DNA from: Malacoraja senta
Lineage: Eukaryota
Direction of reading: 5' to 3'
Length of the DNA: 64,000 bases
Assembly (NCBI GenBank): GCA_038087875.1
Contig: CM075987.1
Coordinates: 21,888,001 to 21,952,000 of the forward strand
The translations under genes were made by a program, and so were the position numbers. This document shows positions 49,283 to 60,740 of this stretch, one piece after another. Numbering within the stretch: position 1 is the first letter of the stretch; every line of letters begins with the position of its first letter. Under the pieces are notes generated by a model, which had not been told where the DNA came from, did not search any database, and was given only the letters and a program-made list of their open reading frames with translations.

Positions 49283-49820
49283 CATAGATTATGTTGGTGA
49301 CTAAGTCTGACTGGCTGTTACCCTATCAGTCAGTACCTAATGTGTATTGATCAATGAAGAAATGTAGGTGCTGCTGGACCAGATGTTAGTGTGGATCTGT
49401 GAGTGCAGCAAGTGATGGATGCATTGAAAAATGGAAGTTAGGATACAGGTATTAAAGTTTTTGGATGAGTTCCAGTTTAAGAAGAATGAACACTAAGTGG
49501 TTGGAATGTTAATTGTTGCTCTGCAGTTACTCTACGCTCCAGAGACTACTTGCACTGAGAGGGAAAGGAAACTGCCTAAAATAAATCCTGCATTTATAAT
49601 CAATTTTGAGAAGGCCCTCTGTTGGTATATTGGGTCTGGCAGAAACTTCCAAGTCAGATTCAAATTACGATACTGCAGACTTTACCAGATAACCCTGAAC
49701 ATAGAATGACAAGCCGAGGAAGAGGAACGAAGACTCGGAAGCCTTGTGACCTATTGCATCATTGAAGTAAACATGCAAAAAAATGTTTAAATATAATTCA
49801 TGCTTCTTTTATATCTGCAG

Positions 49821-49933
49821 CTATTTGATTTTTCATTTGATGTGGAAAGATTCAAATTGTCCAGACCATCTGCTTTATACGAGGAAGCTATGAGGGTTGT
49901 TCAGGAGGACAGAGTCTCTTGCCGAACATTCAG
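49821..49933 (+). CDS. MIGA2: MIGA2 coding exon 8 (LFDFSFDVERFKLSRPSALYEEAM...VSCRTFR)
   Basis: ctgcag| acceptor, AG|gtacat donor; 113 nt, ends phase 2. Confidence 0.92.
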
Positions 49934-50764
49934 GTACATGACTTCTGTTTTCTCTGGCCGCCTTGCCTCCACCCTCTCATCTGTAAATAGTTCCTGGAAA
50001 GCAACAAATGTAGGGTGATGTCAGGACCTCTTTGGCATTCTATCACTTTGCAGTGAGTGGCAACAGGTTGCTTAACAAAATGGTTTGGAGGGATGCATTT
50101 AGAAGCTATACTACATGTTGACATTTTTGCACGTAATTGTCAGTGACATCCCTGATTGCTCCCAGGTTCAAGCTAGCACCAGAAATCCACTTTTTCTTTA
50201 CTAACATTTTCATGGCTTTCCAACCACTCTTTCCCAAACCCCTAATCCTATTTCCCCCACCATCTCCGTCATTCCTGATATATCCTCCCAAAATTCTCAT
50301 TATCCTACAATTCTGGTCATTTGTCATTTCCTGATTCCTTCACTCCACTGTTCACTCATTCACTCAGCAACCTTGATTACAAAATCTGAAGTCCCTTCCT
50401 AGATCTTTTTCTCACTCCTGCTACAAATCTCAAAATTATGTGTTTCATCCAGCAGTTAGTCAACTATTCTAAGCTGTTTTAAATAATTAAAATATTTGGT
50501 TTGGTAGATCTGATGGAAGCATCTACGACAAAGCATTCTTAACATTTGGGAATGGTATCTGCAAACACCTCTGCACAAATCTTTGTAAAATTCCGCGCAA
50601 TGTTTCACTAAATTAAAGATCCATTTAGTACACCTTCAATGTCATCAGCTGTAGCAAATTAAAGTCAAAGATCAGCAATCACTGTTCAGCAGTGGGGCTT
50701 TTCTTCAATCAGTATGTGTTTCTCGAGTCACTTTTTGCAATGCTGATGGGAATCTGTATTTCAG

Positions 50765-50837
50765 AACCGAGGTCCTGGAGTGCTACAATGATGAGGATTT
50801 CCTGGCTAAACTACATTGTGTGCGTCAGGCATTTGAG
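50765..50837 (+). CDS. MIGA2: MIGA2 coding exon 9 (TEVLECYNDEDFLAKLHCVRQAFE)
   Basis: tttcag| acceptor, GAG|gtaatg donor; 73 nt; DFLAKLHCVRQAF motif. Confidence 0.95.
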
Positions 50838-51254
50838 GTAATGTTGATGAGACTGCTGAATGGGTGAAGGAGAAAAGTCCTGTAGTAATTTGCCAACGTA
50901 AACTTCCCCAAAACTTGTAATAAAATACGCTTCGCTTCATCTGCTTAATGACTGTGAAGAAGTGGACCATTAGAGGGCTTTTAAAGTTTTTAGCTCTTGT
51001 TGCATATTTCTTAATCATGTTCCTTGTTCCACTCCTCTGAGGCAATTCGAGAAATGAAAGTTAAGCATGACTTAATCAAAGACTTTGCAATCTTTCAGAT
51101 TGATGTTTACTTCGATGGACATGGAATGGATGCTTCCCATTGCAGAAACTAGAGTGTCACTAAAGCTCATTAAAATAATTCGGGAGAAGTGTGCTTGTGG
51201 ATTTCAATACCATTTAGTGGTGGAGGGCTATAACAAATGTCAAAATGTCTAACA

Positions 51255-51890
51255 TTTCTGCCAGCTACGATGTGATTCCACTGCCAGTTACATCTTCCCC
51301 TCCCGACCCTTTGTGCTTTCTGCAGGGACTTTCGTGACACCCTGGTTTGCTCCTTCGTACCTCCCCAGGCACTTTCCCCTGTGGAAGTGTGACACCTGTC
51401 CCTAGACTTCCTAGCTAACCACCATCCAGAGACTCAAACAGTGTTCAGCCAGTTAAATTTTCCTTCCAGTTCCCATATCGAGTGTTCTGTCCTTGGCCTC
51501 CTCCACTGCTAGGGTGAGAATAGCACCTTCATATTCTAGCTGGGTAGTCTACTGCCCAACAGTATGATCATGGAATTTTCCAATTTCAGGTAACTGCACT
51601 CCTCCTTTATCTCTCTTCCTATCTGCGCCACTCCCCTCTCACACCCATTACCCACCTTGCTCCCCCAGTCCTCTTACACCCTGTTTCTTTTCCCTCCTCC
51701 CGCACACATTTCTCACTGGATCCCCTGCTTACCGTTCACCTCCCATTGTTCCCAACTTCCACCACCCCTCATTCAGTTCCTTTCATCACCTTCCTTTCCT
51801 ATTGGATTTCAGAATCTGCGGCCTTTTGTTCTCCACTTATCCCCTGCCAACCTCTGTTGCTGTCTCAAACCTTCCATCCCCCACCTGAAG
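51255..51890 (+). mobile_element. Degenerate Penelope-like element remnant
   Basis: TCTGTCCTTGGCCTCCTCCACTG...GGAATTTTCCAATTTCAG is homologous to 4210-4340 and is followed by a C/T-rich tail. Confidence 0.6.
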
Positions 51891-52123
51891 AAACCTAAGG
51901 AGAATGTTACTTTTGCCGAAAGAAAAACATTACTTTTAAAGAAAACTTGTTTCAATCTCGGGAGCTATGAACTGTAAGGCGCTTATTTTTCTTGCCTTTT
52001 CTGGATCTAGGTATCACTGTTTGTTTTTTCTCTCATTGTGTTACACGGTGGAGTTGGCAGCATTATCTGCATGGAGAATATTCAGTTTCAACTTCTAATA
52101 AAACATTCCTTTTTTCTCCACAG

Positions 52124-52210
52124 ACATTACTACAAGAAGAGGAAAATAGACTATACTTCAGTGAAATTGGAAAGCAGATGATCACAGGACTGATGTCAAC
52201 TGCAGGAAAG
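52124..52210 (+). CDS. MIGA2: MIGA2 coding exon 10 (TLLQEEENRLYFSEIGKQMITGLMSTAGK)
   Basis: Pyrimidine tract and cacag| acceptor, AAG|gttaaa donor; 87 nt. Confidence 0.92.
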
Positions 52211-53274
52211 GTTAAAGAATTGTTTCACCACCCCCTTGCCCTTGTCTCCTCCCCCCCCCACCTCCTCCACCATGTATCTTCATCAACATTCTCTTCAGCC
52301 TCTCCCCCCCCCCACTGAATAGTATTTAATTTGTACCCAGTGTCTATAGATAGATAATAATATGAACATATCTGGTTATCCTTCTGCCATCTAACTATTG
52401 TGACGATAGAACCAATTCATGTAGTGCAGTCTAGGAGGGTATTCTGTAGAGGAGGAGACTGTTGTACTGAAAAGGTTGGGGCACAGGGTCCAAAATGTCC
52501 TGAGATACATAGCTAGAAGACTGGTCATGACATTGTTTGCTGCATATGGAAATGAGTGATTTAGTTTGTAGTATTGTATGTAAGGAAATGTATGACAGAT
52601 AATGTGTCATTTACTGGTGGTGGTGGTGAAGAGGTGAATGGAGTGTGAGGTACTTCCCTGAGTTACATTGGGAAGTATGAACATGCTTCTGAACGTAAGA
52701 TGTCCAAAATTATTGGAACCACCCTGCCCAAAAGAATATCAAAAGAGGACATGATATTGTAACTGTGTTCTACTGCTGGCTTGTAATGGCTGGGGAGGAG
52801 AAGGAAGTCCTGACCATTATGCATTGGCTCGAGTATCAGGAATAGAGAGTATATAGCTTATGATCTGGGTTTGTCACAACTATGCAAAAAATATATAAAT
52901 ATGCTAAATATGTAGTTTGTTAAGTAAGGTGGGATCTATTGGACATCTGATTTCAAGGGAACTATAGTTTGGGAGGTTGTTGGGGGAGCAATTCAAATCT
53001 TTACCAAGGGAAATTTAATTTTAGAATTTTGCAATACGGAATGAGATTGTTCAACTCATTCTGCCTTCTCTTTGAAAGAGCTGTCTGGTCAGATCCATTC
53101 CTGGTTCTTTCTCCTTTGATCTACAATTATAAATGTCAACACGTATCCCCTTTGGTTTGAAAGTTATTATTGAATCATCTTCTACCACTATTTAAGACCA
53201 AATGATAACTTGTTTTTCTAAACAATCTTTTCTGGCCCTGTTGCTATATTCTTTCATGGAACATACAACTGTTA

Positions 53275-53900
53275 GCAGAGGAACAGACCTTTCAGCCCAC
53301 AGTGTCTGTGCCGAACATGATGCCAAATTAAACTAATCCCTTCTGCCTCGACATGATCCGTATCCCTCCATTCCTTGCATATTCATGTGCCTTGCTATAA
53401 GCCTCTTGAATGCCAATGTTGTACCTCCATCCACCACCACCCCCAGCAGCGTGCTCCAGGCACCTCCCATTCTTGGTGTAAACAAAAAACATGCACCACA
53501 CATCTCCTTTGATCTTTCTCCCTCTCACCTTAAAGCTATGCCCTCTAGTATTTGACATTTGAAAACTGAGGGAAAGGTTCTGACTGTCTACCCTATCTAT
53601 GCCTCTCATTTTATAAACTAATCAGGTCTCCCCTCAGCCTCTGACGCTCCAGAGAAAAAAGTCCAACCTCTCCTTGTAGCTAGTGCCTTCTAATCCAGAC
53701 AGCATTCAGGTAAACCTCTGCATCTTTACAGTCATGGGGTGACCAGAACTGCAAACAATACTTCAAACGTGGCCCAACCAAAGTTTTATAAAGCTGAAAC
53801 ATAACTTATTGACTCTTGTGCTTGGTGCCACGACCCATGAAGGCAAGCATACCATATGCCTTTTTACCATTCTTTCTATATGTGTTGTTATTTTCAGGGA
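53275..53900 (-). mobile_element. CR1-type LINE 3' fragment
   Basis: MRGIDRVDSQNL..SNTRGHSFKVRG on the minus strand and the shared tail. Further short CR1 ends lie at about 7005-7175, 12330-12485, 15083-15485, 15920-16085, 16430-16690, 18030-18150, 22400-22680, 25825-26080, 27160-27340, 27995-28140, 29370-29520, 31890-32070 and 34040-34180. Confidence 0.8.
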
Positions 53901-53914
53901 ACTATGGATTTTTA

Positions 53915-54160
53915 TTGTGTAGGAAAGAACTGCAGATGCTGGTTTAAATTGAAGGTAGACACAAAATGCTGGAGTAACTCAGCGGGACAGGCAGCATCAC
54001 TGGAGAGAAAGAATGGGTGACGTTTCGGGTCGAGACCCTTCTTCAAACTGAAGAACTGAAGACTGAATCTGAGGAAGGATCTAGACCCGAAACATCACCC
54101 ATTCCTTCTCTCCTTAGATGCTGCCTGTCCCGCTGAGTTACTCCAGCATTTTGTGTCTAC
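53915..54160. mobile_element. Palindromic Penelope-pLTR-derived short element with two opposed degenerate hammerhead cores
   Basis: Arms of about 90 bp; 13-bp TSD CTATGGATTTTTA at 53902-53914 and 54161-54173. Confidence 0.85.
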
Positions 54161-54369
54161 CTATGGATTTTTACTCTTTGATTCTTCTGTACATTTGATA
54201 TTTATATATTTTTAAATTATATTTATGATATTTCCTTTTGATATTTAATCAAAACGCAACATAACCTCTTAATCAGGTGAACTGAAGAAATTAAAAATAA
54301 TTAAGTTGCTGGGGTTTTGATTTTTCCAATTTGGTGTCGTACAGGCACTCATTCTAGTTTTATAAGTCA

Positions 54370-55428
54370 TCTCTATACATAAAACTCTGATCTTGGATGT
54401 GTATTTATTTGTGTGTTTGTGTGTAATCACATCTTTGCGAAAAAACAACGCAGTAACGGTAAACAATCTACATATTCCGGTAGAGATTTTTCCCTTGGAG
54501 TCCAAACTCGCCTCATCTGAAAATTGCATGCTTTATTTCTCGAGTTATTACTGAAAATGTTCAAAAATCTGACAAAACTTTGAATTTAAAAACGAATGTC
54601 TTTCGCTAATGACGTCACAATGGCTCTGCTCCCTGTGCCGTTCTTCCTCGCGCTGCGGGTGACGTCACCCCCCCGACCCCTCCCCCCCCTCCCAGTTATT
54701 CAAAAGACTCGGCTGGCTCGCTCGGCTCTTCGGCTGCTCGGCTCGGCTCGCTCGGCTGCTTGGATATTTTCTTACGTTGCTTTTATTGTAGATAAGCTTC
54801 CGATTAAAGTTCATTTTTCTGCTTTAACTTCGAAAATGTTAATACATTAATGTTGCATTTATTGTTCTTTAAAGACTTCCCGGTTTTTCACTTAATTGAA
54901 CTAATTCTTAAAGGTAACATTTAATTTCAAAGACAGCGGATTTCTTAGCGATTTCCACGCTTTTTGACTTTTAAAATATTTTCTTACGTTGCTTTTCCCC
55001 GTTTTTTACTTCCCGGTTTTTCACTTCATTGATTTTTGACATCTTTCAAAAGACCACGATTTTTGACAGCTTTCAAAAAACTTTGCAGTTGATTTATTTT
55101 TGTGATTACTGTTTCAATAATACTTAGAACATTTTAATACATTAACGCTCGGGTCCGGTCCTCTCTGGAGGAGAGAGTCCTCTCTATGCCTCTGCCCTCT
55201 CTGTGCCTCTGCCCTCTCTGTGCCTCTGATCTCTCTCTCTCTCTCTCTACACCCCTCTCTAGCCGCACATGTGAGTTGGGGGCTATGAGTGAGTGGATAG
55301 GGCGGGGGATGGGGTAAAAGGACCGAATGAATAATATCAAAGGGGGTGGTTAGTGTGTGTGACACCACAGCCCCCCCCCCTGCAACCGCGCATTGAAGGG
55401 GCGGGACCCAACGGGTCCCACGGTCTAG
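54370..55428 (+). mobile_element. Non-autonomous Helitron-like element in a MIGA2 intron
   Basis: A|TCTCTATACATAAAA 5' end followed by GTTT/GTGT-rich sequence. 3' hairpin GGGACCC-AAC-GGGTCCC (55403-55419) then CTAG|T (55425-55428). No TSD; internal duplications. Confidence 0.7.
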
Positions 55429-55710
55429 TAAGAGTTAAAATTGCAAGTGGTAAGCACGGAAGCAGCAAATTCCAGCCACTGTTCCTCTGTTTCTATAAAT
55501 CTATCCCAAAGTAGAAGGAAAACTCTGTCTTGCTGCCAGAGTATCTCTACTCCAAGTAGGCATTTATGTTCAACTGAGTGCAATGTTGGTTTGAAAGGTG
55601 GCATAGTTAAACTGCTTCAAGAAAGAGGTAACGGTGGGAAGGAATCTGAGTATCCATCACTGATGTAAGAAATAATCACATTGGTTCTTGTCTGCCTTTA
55701 TCATTTACAG

Positions 55711-55809
55711 AATGTAAATAGATTTCATGAGACCTACAAAGAAATGTTGCACCATGCACGAAGAGAAGAAACCTGGGAGACGACAGAGCGGGAACTCAAG
55801 GGACGAGGG
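55711..55809 (+). CDS. MIGA2: MIGA2 coding exon 11 (NVNRFHETYKEML...ETWETTERELKGRG)
   Basis: ttacag| acceptor, GGG|gtagat donor; 99 nt. Confidence 0.92.
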
Positions 55810-56391
55810 GTAGATATTGAGATTATTTCACATTTGCGTGGGGGAGGATGAAGAAGTAAACTATCGTTGTATTGTCATGATGTTTTTCATTTGCTTTACT
55901 AGCCTTGACGTTTTACAATACAAGTTCCCATCAACGCACCATCGAGGCAAATCACCTGCATCAGGATGAAACAAATGCTGGAGGTACTCACCCAGTCAGG
56001 CTACATCCATGGAGAGGGGAACAAAATTAACGTTTCAGGTCAACAGCCTTTCATTGTAACTGGAAAAGTGAGAAAACAAGTTATTTTATGTTGACAGGGG
56101 AGAGAAAACATCTGAGAACGGGTGTAGACAAAGACTGTCCAGGAACACGCATGCTGTTAAGGCCATCTAAGAAAGGGTGATAAATGATTGTTGATTTTAG
56201 CTGATCTGCCTAGTGGAGTGTAAATGACGGAGATGAGTAAGCGCTGTGCTGGAATTGTGTTGTTGGAAACAGGAAATGTCAGAATTATGGAAATGTTCAG
56301 CAAGGCGGGCAGCATCTGTGGAAAGAGGAAAAACAAAGATAATGTTGTAAGTGGATGACCTTGCATCTTTTGTAGGTGAATGATCTTGTAT

Positions 56392-56483
56392 CTGAAGAAG
56401 GGTCTCGACACGAAACGTCGTCTATTTCCTTCGCTCCATAGATGCTGCCTCACTCGCTGAGTTTCTCCAGCATTTTTGTCTAC
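56392..56483 (+). mobile_element. Single-arm pLTR copy starting at the hammerhead CUGA box
   Basis: CTGAAGAAGGGTCTCGACACGAAACGTC at 56392-56419; CTTGTATCT duplicated at 56385-56393 and 56484-56492. Confidence 0.7.
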
Positions 56484-58271
56484 CTTGTATCTTTTGGTGA
56501 TCTATCCCTGCACCCCTCACCTCCTTAGCCTCTAGTTCCAAATTCCCAACTCTGCATATTTTGCTTCCACTTCCCCATGATCTGTAAGCAGCCTCTTGGG
56601 AGTATTTTGCCTCTTATATTGCTCTAACAAAGCAAAATGTAAACTTAAGAAACAGACCTCATCTTTTGTAGGGAATATTGGACCTCGCAGGACCCTGTAT
56701 TGAACTCAACAATTTTAGAACATCCGACTCTTTCCTGTTTGTGTTAGAACTAGTCAGTTCTGAGTGGAGGCATCCACCTGTAATATTTTCACTTTCTGTC
56801 TCCAATATACTGGCAGGTCTTTTGGATATTTGCTGGATTCTCATTTATTTCAGTTCTAGCAGCTGCTATTTTCAGCATTTCACTTTCCAACAATTATTCC
56901 TTTACTTTTTTGGCCCTCATTCATCTTCCTCACTTTACAGACAGATAATTATTTATCTCTTGGATGCCACTGAAGGGGTAGAGGGAAAGCCCTGGACAAC
57001 CTTGGTCTCCATCTCGTTGCAGACTTTCTCTGTGCTCTTCGTTGATCTCCTCTTTGCACATTAAATCATACTGGTTTTCTCACTTTTCAATTTGAAAAGA
57101 GACATTAACAGTTTCTTTCTTCGTAGATGCTGTCTGACCTGCTGAGTACCTGCAGCATTTTCTATTACTGATTCAGCATCTGCAGTTTTGCATTTTTACT
57201 GTATGAAGATTATTTTTGGAATAGAAACCATCCAGTAACTAGTCACATTTGTATTTATTGCTGGAGCAACAGTCAACTAATTATACACTGATACAAAGAA
57301 TAATTGGATCTGATTCATTTGAATTTTTTGTGGTGTAAATTATGTTTTTACAGATTTTTATCAAGTTTGACATTTCAACATGTTTGCTTTGGACTTTCAA
57401 AATGGACTTTTGAATTAGAATGCAATGATATAACTTAATGTAAAGAATTCAGATGATAAATATTCCATCTTTATTTTAAAAATGTCACCTCCTCAATTCA
57501 GTAATAGAGGCCGAATTGGGTTATCAAATTTGCCTCTACATTGGCCTATTTGCAAGTGAATTTCTTTAAATTATTTTTCCACTCTTATTACAACACCCTC
57601 CAGCTCTTCTAATTTGGATTGCTCTGTGGTGTTCATTAGAATATTTTTGGCAATTCGGGTAATGGAAATTCAACCATACTATATTCACAAATTGCCTCTC
57701 CAAAAATTTGAGACATGGAATAAAAGTTGATTTCGCGGAAATCGGGGGGGGGGGGGGGGGGGGAAAGCAAATGAATACAAAATATTTGTTATAAACTCGC
57801 AATTATAGACATGTGCAGATAACACAACTTCACATTATGAAAAATCACGATTATGGACTGTTTACCTGAATGCAAGCCCCGTAATGCAGAAGTTGCTTAT
57901 ATTATCTCTGACATCTCTAAACCAGTCTGAAGAAAGCTATCGACCCAAAACATCACCTATCCCATCCCTGCTGCCTGACCTGCTGTGTTCCTCCAACACT
58001 GTGCTTTGCACTTCAAATTAATGATCATCTGGTCACATATTGCATTTTCTAGGATTTTGCAATGTGATGTTAACTGGCTGTTTTCATTAGCAGCACTTGG
58101 GATGTCAAAACGATGTGCAAAGCAGAACTTCTAAATGGTTGTTAATCTGAAGTGCTAATTCTAGTTCTCCATTTGCAGGCATTGACTGGTCTGCTCAGTA
58201 TATCTACCAATTCCTTTTTGAATATTATGTGCAAATTTAATTTCTGTAACTAGGAAAGTCTTTATCCACAG

Positions 58272-58406
58272 GTTGTATGCATGAACTTCTTTGACATTGT
58301 GTTGGATTTTATTCTGATGGATGCCTTTGAAGATCTCGAAAACCCACCTTCATCTGTGGTTGCTGTTTTACGGAACCGCTGGCTCTCGGATAGTTTTAAG
58401 GAGACG
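58272..58406 (+). CDS. MIGA2: MIGA2 coding exon 12 (VVCMNFFDIVLDFILMDAFEDLENPP...WLSDSFKET)
   Basis: cacag| acceptor, ACG|gtaatt donor; 135 nt; highly conserved Miga-domain motif. Confidence 0.96.
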
Positions 58407-59071
58407 GTAATTTATTCCAGTCTACATTGGCAAACATAGCAAGGGTGATTTGCAAACTGTGTGTTACATTCAAATGATTTAAAATCATTTTGCATTGTTC
58501 TGAAGGTGGTTGCTAAAGATACTTGGGTCCGATTGGGAACTAGGCTTAACATACATCTCCATTATTACAGTGTAATTTTTCGATGACGTTGGTTTCAAGA
58601 TGGGGAACGAGTGAGTCGGAAGGCACAGACATAATTTATTATTTTTGAAGTAACACTCACACTAAGAACCACTTGAATTATTTAAATGTATCATTCTGTA
58701 ATTGCACCTGCATTTCGTTCAACCCTGCACCCCACGGTCCATGGGAATGCTACAATGCATAATTAATGTAGTAAGATTATTTTCAGGACCTAAGCTGGTA
58801 ACAAACAGCACAGATAATTTACTCGTAGCCATTCTCTGCTTTAATCTGAATAGAATACTTTGGTCTCCAGCTCCATCGGTCTGAGGAAGGGTCCTGATCC
58901 AAAATGTCGCCTGCCCATTCCCTCTACAAATGTTGCCTGACTTGCTGAATTGCTCCAGACCTTTGTGTTTTCTCAAGATTCCAACATCTGCAGTTCCTGT
59001 ATCTCTACTTTGGTCTTGTATTTTTTTAATTTTTTATTTGCAATGATTTGACTTCTGTTTTCTTTCTGCAG

Positions 59072-59125
59072 GCTCTTGCTACAGCTTGTTGGTCAGTGCT
59101 GAAAGCAAAAAGGCGATTATTACAG
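59072..59125 (+). CDS. MIGA2: MIGA2 coding exon 13 (ALATACWSVLKAKRRLLQ)
   Basis: ctgcag| acceptor, CAG|gttggt donor; 54 nt. Confidence 0.95.
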
Positions 59126-59285
59126 GTTGGTAAACAAAAGAATAAGGGTGGTGGATGATACAATGAGAATGAAATCCAGTGCTGGTATTTCAGCTGCAAG
59201 GAAATTAAATTTGGTGAAAGATTTGAAATGGGCAATATTCTTGTTTTAATATATGATGCTTACTTTTTTTTCTTTGCAACCATAG

Positions 59286-59402
59286 GTCCCTGATGGCTTC
59301 ATTTCCCACTTTTATTCTATTTCGGAACACGTCAGTCCTGTACTTGCCTGGGGTTTTTTAGGACCCAAGCAGCACCTTTGTGAAGTATGTACTATCTTTA
59401 AG
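59286..59402 (+). CDS. MIGA2: MIGA2 coding exon 14 (VPDGFISHFYSISEHVSPVLAWGFLGPK...IFK)
   Basis: catag| acceptor, AAG|gtgaga donor; 117 nt. Confidence 0.95.
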
Positions 59403-60348
59403 GTGAGAATTCCTTTTAAAATTCTTTGACTCATAGTATCACGGTTCAGTGCAAAAGGGAATTCAACTTCAGGGCTACGGATTGTGATGATTCTGCTTTT
59501 GTTTTTTTTCTCAGTTTCTCTGGGGATAAGAATGTCACTAACAAAGACAGCATTTATTGTCCTTCCCAGTTGCCCTTGAGAATGTAGTAATTAGCTGCTA
59601 CTGTAAATAACAAGAGCTTTGTTTGGTAAAGATACCCCCAGTGTTGCAGTGTAAAAGCTTTTATGATTTTGGACAAAAGGCATGACGAACCTCATGAAGC
59701 ACGTTTCCCTGCATCTACTGCCTTGTTTTTAATAGTTGGGGGTTTGAAAAATGCTTTGCATTATGGATCTTGATTTAGAATAGGTGAGACATATCCTGAG
59801 CCTTGACCATGTAAAGGATCTGAACTAACATGACCAGGGAAGCACATCTGTAGCCATTACTGCATTGTTGATTAGTGTGTGTAATGGTATCAAATACAGA
59901 TAGTGAGAGCTTTTAGAATCACATGCAGAAGAAGGAAGCCACTTGATTGATCTTATTTTTCTCAGTTCTAAAGAAACTGCCAGTGAATTATATCTTTCTC
60001 TTCTTTTGCAAAAGTTTTTTGTTAATATTCACTTAACATTTCGAACCTTTGGTGAATTCCATGTGAATCCTGACATGCAAACCACAACAGACATGAATTT
60101 GAATGCTTCAACAAATTTCATTTTGTAAACTCGGCCACCTATTACTAATTATTGCCACCCACGGGAACTGCATAATGCTGCAGTACACGTGCAATGATTA
60201 GATTCTTAAATTCAAAATGTTTAAAGTTGAAATATAACGTTCTAATCAATGGAAAAAGGATAGCAGAAAAGGTGGGGGAAGGGATTTCTGTGTATACTGC
60301 AAAATAATTTTGTGTGCAATTTTTACAACTTGTCACTTTGTTTTGTAG

Positions 60349-60555
60349 CAACAAATTATCCAGTATTTGAAGGACATATTTGATACGGACAAAATGCGAT
60401 ACACAACTGTAAATTTGCTGGCAGATGACATTGTTCAGTTATCGCAGCGACGCAGTGAGATTCTCCTTGGTTACCTGGGAATTGATGCAATAATGACAAT
60501 GAATGGGATGATACCTACTGACAATGGACCTTTGGAAGAGAGCAATCCTGTGTGA
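60349..60555 (+). CDS. MIGA2: MIGA2 last coding exon (QQIIQYLKDIFD...NGPLEESNPV*)
   Basis: ttgtag| acceptor; TGA at 60553-60555; 207 nt. Confidence 0.94.
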   Translation, partial: QQIIQYLKDIFDTDKMRYTTVNLLADDIVQLSQRRSEILLGYLGIDAIMTMNGMIPTDNGPLEESNPV

Positions 60556-60740
60556 AGGCCAAGCACAAAGGATGCAACAAACAACTGAGAATTTGTGAAT
60601 AGTATCTGATTCCTGGATGGCCCCATATTAAGGAGACTTGCAAGAGTCCTTATCAGAATACTCCACATACATTGAGGTCGGCTCATTCTGTTGGGTATCA
60701 ATATTTTAATATATAGTATTGGTTGGGGAAAGATGAAATA

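Larger units (their letters stand above)
35560..60555 (+). other. MIGA2: Mitoguardin 2 (FAM73B) gene, coding span; 15 coding exons, 586 aa
   Basis: Spliced translation matches recalled vertebrate MIGA2 motifs from the N-terminus (SLIQALAMTVAEIPVFLYSTFGQ) to the C-terminus (DDIVQLSQRRSEILLGYLG...NGPLEE). Exon lengths sum to 1761 nt and phases agree at all 14 GT-AG introns. Confidence 0.96.

Noticed and set aside
35560..60555. Assignment to MIGA1 instead of MIGA2
   Set aside because: The N-terminal IQALAMTVAEIPVFLY, the RRVQSP.SKSNDTLS motif and the C-terminal SEILLGYLG match MIGA2 as recalled.
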